A stretch of 64,000 nucleotides of DNA from an uncultured candidatus Brocadiaceae bacterium (GTDB lineage Bacteria > Planctomycetota > Brocadiia > SM23-32), in assembly GCA_964592385.1 (NCBI GenBank), contig CAZQEQ010000005.1, forward strand, positions 586 to 64,585. The letters run 5' to 3'. This document shows, one piece after another, positions 10,428-17,908 of this stretch (position 1 is its first letter; every line of letters begins with the position of its first letter). The translations under genes and the position numbers were made by a program. The notes under the pieces are model-generated. The model saw nothing but the letters and a program-made list of their open reading frames with translations. It was not told the DNA's origin and searched no databases.

Positions 10428-10466
10428 GCTAACCGGCCTGATGTAACTCGGCCGCCGCCGGCCGGT

Positions 10467-13400
10467 TCAGGGGACGCCGTGAGGTCCCGCCATCTGGGAC
10501 TCAACGCGGGGTGCCATCACAACCGAGGTCTGGATCGGGTAGCCGCAGTTGCAGGAAGTGCTGCCGTACTCGGGCATCATGATGAGCCCGCCCGCCGGCA
10601 GCATGCTGATCCAGCAGCTCGGGCGGGTGATGCGCGTGACGGGGGCGTCCTTTCCCGTGCTGAAATCATACGTGCCGCAGTAGCCGGCCCGGTAGAACCC
10701 GTTCGTCGCCGAGGCCGACATGGGGGAACACCGGCGCGGCTTGAAATTGAACGACTCGTCCCTGCCCGTCGCCAGGTCGAAGACGCCGATCGGGCCGGGG
10801 TAGAAGTTCATCACGATCTTGCCCCCGATGATGTTCGGGTGCATCAGCGCCTGGTTGTGGTTGGTCTCATTGGTGAGCAGACCGGGCTCTTCGAACCTGT
10901 GAACGGTCTCCCAGCGGTCCTTCCCCGTAGCGGCGTCCATCGCCCTGAAGCCGTACAGGACGCGGCTCGTGTCCTTCCGGTCGAAGTAGGTCGAGACCGC
11001 CAGCAGCGTGTCATCCGCGGCCCGCACAAGGTAGAGGACGTGCTTGGCCTGCATGTCGATGGGGCGCCGCCATATCTGGTCGCCCGTCTTCAGGTCCAGC
11101 GCCACGAACCAGGCGTCCTTCTCCACGAATTCGGGCAGCGGAACGTATCCGAGCCCATTTGCCCTGACCCCCTCCTCGCGGCTCTCGGCGAAGTAGATCG
11201 CGCCGTCGGCGACTGTGATCGTGGAGTTGAGGATCGCTCCCTCTTCGTACTGCCAGAGCCGTTTGTGCTCCTTCGCGCCCATGACGAACAGCACGTCGCT
11301 CACCACCGGCTTTGCGGCGCCGGGCTTGCCTGAAGCGTCGCCGTAAAGGATCTGCCAGTTCCATTTCGTGCCTGCGCGCCGCATGCGAGCCTTCGGGTTC
11401 TGGTTCGTGCCGACGACGTGAGAGCCCGTCGAGGCGATGTAGCCCCAGTCGCTCTCCGCGTGAGGGCCTGTCAACTCGCGGACCGTCTCGCCGCTCCCCG
11501 CGTCCATGACCCAGCATTGATTGGCCGAGACGCTGTAGAAGTAGCGCTCGTCCACGCAGATGGGGGCGGCGTTGAGGGCCATGATGACACGGCTGGAGTC
11601 GGCGATATCCCTCTCCCACAGGTAGGTGCCGTTGTAGGCGTCGACGACGGTCACGTAGTTGTAGCCAAACACGAACAGGCGTCCGTCGCGATAGAGCGGA
11701 CCCATAGGAGTCATGTGGCGGTTGATGATCCGCTCGGTTCCCGGCGGGCCCATCCACTGCAGGTCGAACTCGACGCCCCGCACCAGAGCGTCATTGCTGT
11801 TGGCCGCGTTGGCCGGGTCGGCGTACATGTGCGACCAGTTGCCGGCGCCGGGCAGCGGACCGCGCATTACCTGGCAGTAGCCCGGCATACCCTCCAGGGC
11901 GTGCCATCCGGGAATGCCGCCCCCGGGCCAGCCTGTCTCGACGTACCGCCTCCAGTCCGTGTCGGCATCCCTCCGGCCCAGGATGCAGACGCCCCCGTAC
12001 GGCCGGAGCATCCGGAACACCTCCCCGGCGGAGTAGGAGATCCTCGTTTCCCCGTCGCCTTCCAGGCAGGCGTCCGCCACGATCAGGTTGGCGAAATAGC
12101 TGGCGTACGGGACGTTGTCCGCCGGGCAATGATGAATCACCACCCGCTTCCCGTAGAGGCCCGCCTGGGTGAGCTTTCCCCTGGCCAGGGCTACCTTGTC
12201 GGGGTCGGTCTCCAGGCCGAGCACGTAGAACTCGGACAGCCGGGCGATCTCGCAGGCCAACTGCCCCTCGTTGGCATCCAGCACCACGCAGAAGCCTGCC
12301 TCCCGATCGGTGCTGTTGAGGGCAAGCTCCGCGGCCTGCCTGTAGACGGGCTCGTCGCTGTACGGCGAAGCTGCGGCGGGACGGTGCTCGACCGGTTTCG
12401 CCGCCTGGCCTTGCCGGAAACAGTAGATCACGCCCTCGTCAGTGCTGGCGACGAGTGAGCTATCAGAGACCGCCAAGCTCCAGACGTCCCCCTTCACTGC
12501 CGAAGTCCAGGTCTGCCGCCCGGTCTTCGGATCACGCACTTCCAGGCGGTCCTTCCCTCCGATGATCAAGGCGCCGCCGACCTTTATCATGCACAGCGAC
12601 TCCGGGGAAACCTCCTGCTGCCACCTGGTCACGGAATCCAACTTGCTGACGATTCTGCGGTCCTCGGACCAGACGAACCACGTGCCGCCGAAGTTGGGGA
12701 AGCGGGGGCGCTGTTCTCCCGTCGCCGCATGGAGGGCCTCCAGGAACTTCGCCTTGTCCAGCGCCAGCAGGGCGTTCTGAAAGCCCCGCTCGGTCCGAGC
12801 GCCGGGGGGGGCACGGTAGGTTCTCAGCAGGTACACGGTGTCCCGGTCGGAGACGATGGACTGGGCGAAGATCGACGTGACGCGGCCGCGCGGCTTGCCC
12901 TGAACTCGAATGGGATACTTGCTCGGATACTCCTCCAGCCCGGCGCGAATGTTGATCACTCCGCGGGAGGTCGGGCCGAAAGCCACCACGTCCTTCGCAA
13001 GGACCACTGCCTCCATGCCGCCGCCGGACCGCCGGTAATCGAACGGCATGTCGACCACGAACGAACCGTCTTTCCTGTTGACCTCGACCGGAGAAGTTCG
13101 CCCCGTAGGGACGTACATCACATCGCCATCCACCATGATGTGGCCCTGGAACGCGGTCGCATAATCCGCGCCAAGTTTTCGATCCCAGACAGCCCGACCG
13201 GTTTCGGCGTCAACTGCGCAGAGATGCACCCCGTGCGGCGGAAACAGACCCGCCGCGAAGTAAGCTACGCCGTCGGCGACCGTGACACCCGTGCGAACGG
13301 GCCACTGGGACATGAACCGGCCGTTGTTGATGGCCCATCTCTGCCCTTGGCCCGGCGCGTGCCTCCAGACCTGTCTGCCAGTATCGGCCTCAAGGCAATA

Positions 13401-13817
13401 GGCACGCCCGTCGTCGGCGCCGCAGTAGACCTTCCCGTCCGCGTAGGTCGGGGCGAGCCGAACGGCAGCGTCGCAGTAGAACGTCCAAAGCACCTCACCG
13501 CTCTTCACGTCCAGGCAGCGAACGCAGTCCTCTGTGGAAGACCCGTGGAACACCTTCCCCTGCGCGACGATGGCCTGGTCCGCGTAGTCGTGCGTGATGG
13601 CCGGGATGAAGCCCTCCTTGATGTGGCTCTTGCGGAAGGACGGGCTTGGCGCGTGGGCGTACTGCCTTGACCACGCAAGGTGCAGGGGCGCGGTCAGGGC
13701 ATCGTCCGAAGCGCCGGTTCTGCCACTATCGGCACGGTGCGTGGGCCAGTCGGCCGACACAGCGACCTGCAGCGACGCCACGAGCGCGATACTCGCCAGA
13801 ACTCTCGACGCAGACAT
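10467..13817 (-). CDS. secreted PQQ-like (BamB-type) beta-propeller repeat protein with central class-I methyltransferase-like domain
   Basis: Signal peptide. Propeller-blade motifs recur in the N-terminal and C-terminal thirds (e.g. DGKVYCGADDGRAYCLEADTGRQVW, VVDAYNGTYLWERD). The central segment FCVVLDANEGQLACEIA...VLGLETD...FANLIVAD...LRPYGGV looks like a degenerate SAM-MTase fold. GGGAGGG RBS. Confidence 0.7.
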   Translation of the reverse strand: MSASRVLASIALVASLQVAVSADWPTHRADSGRTGASDDALTAPLHLAWSRQYAHAPSPSFRKSHIKEGFIPAITHDYADQAIVAQGKVFHGSSTEDCVRCLDVKSGEVLWTFYCDAAVRLAPTYADGKVYCGADDGRAYCLEADTGRQVWRHAPGQGQRWAINNGRFMSQWPVRTGVTVADGVAYFAAGLFPPHGVHLCAVDAETGRAVWDRKLGADYATAFQGHIMVDGDVMYVPTGRTSPVEVNRKDGSFVVDMPFDYRRSGGGMEAVVLAKDVVAFGPTSRGVINIRAGLEEYPSKYPIRVQGKPRGRVTSIFAQSIVSDRDTVYLLRTYRAPPGARTERGFQNALLALDKAKFLEALHAATGEQRPRFPNFGGTWFVWSEDRRIVSKLDSVTRWQQEVSPESLCMIKVGGALIIGGKDRLEVRDPKTGRQTWTSAVKGDVWSLAVSDSSLVASTDEGVIYCFRQGQAAKPVEHRPAAASPYSDEPVYRQAAELALNSTDREAGFCVVLDANEGQLACEIARLSEFYVLGLETDPDKVALARGKLTQAGLYGKRVVIHHCPADNVPYASYFANLIVADACLEGDGETRISYSAGEVFRMLRPYGGVCILGRRDADTDWRRYVETGWPGGGIPGWHALEGMPGYCQVMRGPLPGAGNWSHMYADPANAANSNDALVRGVEFDLQWMGPPGTERIINRHMTPMGPLYRDGRLFVFGYNYVTVVDAYNGTYLWERDIADSSRVIMALNAAPICVDERYFYSVSANQCWVMDAGSGETVRELTGPHAESDWGYIASTGSHVVGTNQNPKARMRRAGTKWNWQILYGDASGKPGAAKPVVSDVLFVMGAKEHKRLWQYEEGAILNSTITVADGAIYFAESREEGVRANGLGYVPLPEFVEKDAWFVALDLKTGDQIWRRPIDMQAKHVLYLVRAADDTLLAVSTYFDRKDTSRVLYGFRAMDAATGKDRWETVHRFEEPGLLTNETNHNQALMHPNIIGGKIVMNFYPGPIGVFDLATGRDESFNFKPRRCSPMSASATNGFYRAGYCGTYDFSTGKDAPVTRITRPSCWISMLPAGGLIMMPEYGSTSCNCGYPIQTSVVMAPRVESQMAGPHGVP

Positions 13818-14061
13818 ATCGCCACCCTCCCCAAGTGCAGGGCATACGTGACGCCGTCACTCAGACGGACGGCCACAGCATCACGCCCGCGGGGACCCCT
13901 GTAAGCCTACCTTGTGCGCCCGGGCGCTGCAAACCCTTTCCCCGCCGCCGCACAGGAAAGCGATTGACAACTCGCAGCCGTGCGGTTAAACCCATACCGG
14001 CAGCAAACTGCCGGTCAATGGGGAAGGGATACTCAGCCGCCGGAACGGCGAGGAGGAAGGA

Positions 14062-16689
14062 ATGAGGGGCTCGACGCAGGCGCTGGTCGCCGGTCTGATG
14101 TTTGCCGGGGCGCTTTGTTTCTGCGGTGTCAGTCAGGCGCAGCAGGAGACAACGCCGACAGTCACGGGACCGGGCTACGTCTGGTGGGAGGGCGAGGACG
14201 CCGTCGAGCTCAGCCCCGCCGGGCCGGCCGGGTGGACCGTCGAGAGCGTCGAGGAGATACTCTCCGGCGGCAAGTGGCTCAGCTCCCGCGCCAGCGAAGC
14301 GCCCCAGGGCGGCTCCGTGGCGACCTGGAAGATCAACGTCCCGGAGACAGCCGAGTACGAGTTCTGGGCCCGCGTGGGCTGGCGAGGATGGGCCGGCAAC
14401 GACTGGCGCTTCGACGACGGCGACTGGGAGACCGAGGAGGCCGACTCGGCCTACAGCCAGGTCGTCCACTTCATCCGCTACCGCCCGGCGTCCTGGACGA
14501 TGTTCGGCGTCGTGAAGCTCGAAGCGGGCCGGCACACCTTCCAGGTCCGGTTCCGCGAGGGCGAGCGCGCCGGCCAGGGCTTCGACTGCTTCACACTCTC
14601 GCGCTGGCCGTTCGTGCCGCGCGGCAGGTACCGCCCCGACGAAGTGATTGACCCCGTGATCCCCTCCTCCCCCGCCGGCGCCGGCTGGTGGCCCTTCCAG
14701 ACCGTCTACCGGCCCGGCCAGGTGAAGGTCATGGACATGTCCTTCCTGAACGAGCCGATCGACTCGCACGGCTTCGTGACGATGAAGGACGGGGAGCTGC
14801 ACTTCGAGGACGGCACGCCGGTGCGATTCTGGGGCGTGAACGCCTCCTACTGGAGCAACCGCATCGTCTACCCGTCGCACGAGGCGGCGGACCGGTTCGC
14901 CGAACACCTCGCGCAGTACGGCGTCAACTGCGTCCGCCTGCACCTGCTGCACAACACCAACAGCCTGATTGACAAGTCCCGCGACGACACGCAGCACTTC
15001 GACCTGGAGAAGCTCGACAAGCTGGACTACCTCGCCGCGGCGCTGCGCAAGCGGGGGATATACTTCAACCTGGACATGATGTTCCACCGCATGTTCAGGG
15101 AAGGCGACGGGATCGACCCGGAGCTGGTCGGCGACACCAAGGACGCCGACGGTTACAACCGGAGCTGGGCCGCCGGCAGCGCCGCCTTCTTCCACCCGCG
15201 CGCCGTCGAGCTGAACCGCGCCCTCTACAGGAAGCTGCTCGAGCACGTGAACCCCTACACGGGCAAGCGCTGGCTCGACGAGCCCGCCATGGCCATGCTC
15301 ACCGTCCAGAACGAGCAGTCCATCTTCTGGGGCACGACGAACATCCACAAGGGGCGCACGAAGGAGATCCTCGACGGGCTCTACGCGCAATGGCTCAAAG
15401 ACAGGTACGGCACGCAGGCGAAGCTCGCCGCCGCCTGGCAGGTCCAGGGGCAGCGCTCGCCCTTCGCCGGTGGAGAGAACCTGGACGCGGGCGTGATGCA
15501 CCTCGGCGGCGTCGGGTCGCAGTCGCAGGGCCACGTCGCCCGGCGCGGCCTGGACCAGATCCGGTTCCTCTGGGACGTGGAGACGGGCTTCTACAGGGGC
15601 GCCATCGAGGCGATGCGCGCCTGGGGCGTGCGGTGCCCCATCATCACGTCGAACTGGCGCGGCGCCGGACAGACCACGCGCCTGGTGCTCCAGGCGTCCA
15701 CGCTCGGGGAGATCGTCGACCGCCACGCCTACTGGGGCCGGAACGTTCCCCTGCTCAGCGCGGTCGGGCACGGGATGATCATGCAGGCCTTCGACCAGGC
15801 GGCCGGACGGGCCTTCTGCATCTCGGAGTGGAACGCCGGGGTCGGCGGCGAGTTCGTGGCGGAGGTCGCCCCGCTCATGGGCGCGGTCGGCGCCTTGCAG
15901 GGCTGGGACGCGTCGTTCCAATTCTGCACCTCCGGCCCGACCTGGGAGCCCTACCTGAAGGGGCTGAACATAACGCCCGGCCACTACGCCCTCTTCCCGA
16001 TAGCCGCCGTGCTCTTCCGCCGGGGTGATATCGAGCCGGGGGAACTCGTCTTCGAGAGGCGGCGCGACCCGGCCTTCCAGTTCAGCTTCGCCGCGGACCA
16101 GCGCGGCGCGCCGCCGGAGGCGCTCGCCGTCGGTCGCGTCCAGAACCGCTACGTGGACGCGCCCGCCGAGGACCTCATCCGCCAGGACCTGATCGACAGG
16201 CTCTGGGATAAGGAGCAGGGGGTCGTGCGGGCCAGCACCGGCGCGTTCGACTGGCACTACAAGGACGTCTGGATGCGCCTGAACACCGAGCGCACGCAGG
16301 GCGCCTTCGGCTCGCTGGCCGGCAGGACGGTCGAGTGCGACGACGTGCGCGTCGAGACGCCGAACCCCTTCTGCGCCGTCATCGTCACCGCCCTGGAGAC
16401 GAAACCCATTCCCGAGGCGGGCCGGCTGCTGGTGGCGGCGGTCGGCCGGTCGCAGGACATGGGGCGCAGGCTGACCCAACTGCCCCAGGGGGCGGAGGCG
16501 ACCGTGCCCCCCTGCCTGATGGAGCCGGTCACCGGGACCGTCTCGGTGCGCACGACGGCCCGGAAGGTTTACGCCGTGGACGCCGCGGGCTACCGGGTCG
16601 AGGAGGTGCCGGCCCGGGCCGAGGGCGGCCGCCTCACCTTCCGCATGGAAGGCAAACCACTGGTCCTCTACTACGAGCTGACGCGGTAG
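14062..16689 (+). CDS. secreted glycoside hydrolase, clan GH-A (GH5-like TIM barrel) with N-terminal carbohydrate-binding-like module
   Basis: Signal peptide. The N-terminal ~170 aa module is shared with 30995..36112 and 47574..50351. It is followed by FEDGTPVRFWGVNASYW, YGVNCVRLH and LTVQNEQSIFWG (candidate acid/base Glu). GAGGAGG RBS. Confidence 0.65.
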   Translation: MRGSTQALVAGLMFAGALCFCGVSQAQQETTPTVTGPGYVWWEGEDAVELSPAGPAGWTVESVEEILSGGKWLSSRASEAPQGGSVATWKINVPETAEYEFWARVGWRGWAGNDWRFDDGDWETEEADSAYSQVVHFIRYRPASWTMFGVVKLEAGRHTFQVRFREGERAGQGFDCFTLSRWPFVPRGRYRPDEVIDPVIPSSPAGAGWWPFQTVYRPGQVKVMDMSFLNEPIDSHGFVTMKDGELHFEDGTPVRFWGVNASYWSNRIVYPSHEAADRFAEHLAQYGVNCVRLHLLHNTNSLIDKSRDDTQHFDLEKLDKLDYLAAALRKRGIYFNLDMMFHRMFREGDGIDPELVGDTKDADGYNRSWAAGSAAFFHPRAVELNRALYRKLLEHVNPYTGKRWLDEPAMAMLTVQNEQSIFWGTTNIHKGRTKEILDGLYAQWLKDRYGTQAKLAAAWQVQGQRSPFAGGENLDAGVMHLGGVGSQSQGHVARRGLDQIRFLWDVETGFYRGAIEAMRAWGVRCPIITSNWRGAGQTTRLVLQASTLGEIVDRHAYWGRNVPLLSAVGHGMIMQAFDQAAGRAFCISEWNAGVGGEFVAEVAPLMGAVGALQGWDASFQFCTSGPTWEPYLKGLNITPGHYALFPIAAVLFRRGDIEPGELVFERRRDPAFQFSFAADQRGAPPEALAVGRVQNRYVDAPAEDLIRQDLIDRLWDKEQGVVRASTGAFDWHYKDVWMRLNTERTQGAFGSLAGRTVECDDVRVETPNPFCAVIVTALETKPIPEAGRLLVAAVGRSQDMGRRLTQLPQGAEATVPPCLMEPVTGTVSVRTTARKVYAVDAAGYRVEEVPARAEGGRLTFRMEGKPLVLYYELTR

Positions 16690-16700
16690 GCGGGCCGGAA

Positions 16701-16812
16701 GAACGGCACGGAATCAGACACGGATTCACACTGATTACACAGATCAGCAACACCGGCAACGACAGGCACGGATAGATGTCGAGCAGGGGCGGAGCCGGTC
16801 TTATCCGTGTCG
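16701..16812. repeat. ACGGA-motif repeat family, copy A
   Basis: It contains the 53-nt core 16723-16775. That core is the exact reverse complement of 17724-17776 and closely matches 20900-20950. By my count it carries 3 ACGGA and 1 TCCGT. Confidence 0.85.
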
Positions 16813-16821
16813 GCGGAGTCG

Positions 16822-17043
16822 TCAGACCATCCAGCGGTGAATGCCCCACCAGGCAGCCGCCGTGCCGACTGCCACCACGGCGCCACCCACAAACGCCTTC
16901 AGCGCGAGCGGGTCGTCGAAGCCGTTCCTGATGCATGCGTACAGGCCGAGCCCTGCCACCGAGAGGCCGCTGGCCAACACGAGACATCCGAGGACCTGCC
17001 ACCCGGCGGGCGTCATCGGCTTATAACGTCCAGGTATCCACAT
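16822..17043 (-). CDS. small hypothetical membrane protein (73 aa, 2 TM)
   Basis: ORF 16822..17247 trimmed to ATG 17043, which has a GGAGG about 10 nt upstream. Sequence: MWIPGRYKPMTPAGWQVLGCLVLASGLSVAGLGLYAC...FVGGAVVAVGTAAAWWGIHRWMV. The upstream part of the track ORF is Arg-rich shadow-like sequence. Confidence 0.45.
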   Translation of the reverse strand: MWIPGRYKPMTPAGWQVLGCLVLASGLSVAGLGLYACIRNGFDDPLALKAFVGGAVVAVGTAAAWWGIHRWMV

Positions 17044-17134
17044 ATCCCCGGGACCTCCGTCACCCTCCGTGTCCCCCGCTCGGCCTTCGTGGCCCGCCGT
17101 GGGGCAGGCGAAGCAGGCTCTCTCCGTGGTCAGC

Positions 17135-17695
17135 CTAGCCCGTCGCACTGCCCGAGTTCTCCGTGTCGCCAGCGCCGTCGTCGTGAGCCAGCGCTTCCGC
17201 GTATACACCCTCCAAAAACCCGACGTACATCTCCCTTGCCCTGCCATAGCAAGACCTGTGGAGGAAGTACAGGGCCGCGAACAACAACGCCGCCATTGAC
17301 AGAACGACGAGCAGCGTTCTCACGTCGCCCTCGGAGGCAGCTCCCAGCCCTGTTGACAGCAAGCCAAGGGTCACAGGCCAGCGAATGGAGAGCATCGCAG
17401 TCGACGGGGCAATCCTGGCCTTCAGAAGACTGCCGGATCCGGACGCAGCGATCTGTCCCTTCAGCGCGAACCACATCCCATGCCAAGACGACGGGGGTGC
17501 GGTCCAGTGCGAGCGAGGAGCCGCCTGTATCTTGAACCGTCCGTTCGGCTTGATGTGCACGTGGTAGAAGGATTCCTTCGACAGCAGGTCCAGCTTGACG
17601 TGCTCCCACGAACTGCTCTGCGCGTGTCGAGCAAGGGTCGCAACGGCTTCCTCAACCGGAACGTCGAGAGATATCTCTATTGTCTCGGGCACCAA
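17135..17695 (-). CDS. hypothetical protein with C-terminal TM segments
   Basis: 186-aa ORF with non-shadow composition (K/I/F/H present): MVPETIEISLDVPVEEAV...FYHVHIKPNGRFKIQ. Hydrophobic stretches WPVTLGLLSTGLGAA and LLVVLSMAALLFAALYFL. The start is TTG/GTG and therefore uncertain. I recognise no family. Confidence 0.5.
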   Translation of the reverse strand: MVPETIEISLDVPVEEAVATLARHAQSSSWEHVKLDLLSKESFYHVHIKPNGRFKIQAAPRSHWTAPPSSWHGMWFALKGQIAASGSGSLLKARIAPSTAMLSIRWPVTLGLLSTGLGAASEGDVRTLLVVLSMAALLFAALYFLHRSCYGRAREMYVGFLEGVYAEALAHDDGAGDTENSGSATG

Positions 17696-17712
17696 TGATG
17701 CCTTTGCCCCTG

Positions 17713-17893
17713 GTTGGGGGTGTCTATCCGTGCCTGTCGTTGCCGGTGTTGCTGATCTGTGTAATCAGTGTGAATCTGTGGCCGCCGTTGCCGTGTCCGT
17801 TTTCGTCTATCCGTGTGAATCCGTGTTCATCCGTATCCCATAGAAGCCTCTCCGTTTCTCTCCGTTTTTCCTCCGTGTCTGCGTGGTAATTCT
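17713..17893. repeat. ACGGA-motif repeat family, copy B
   Basis: The core 17724-17776 is the reverse complement of 16723-16775. The tail 17806-17893 is a direct repeat of 20981-21066. There are 8 TCCGT pentamers, at 17727, 17796, 17810, 17820, 17830, 17851, 17861 and 17872. Confidence 0.85.
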
Positions 17894-17908
17894 TTGTTGC
17901 GCTGCCCG

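Noticed and set aside
13861-16479. 872-aa minus-strand ORF
   Set aside because: Antisense shadow of the GH gene 14062..16689, with Arg/Gly/Pro-rich low-information sequence.
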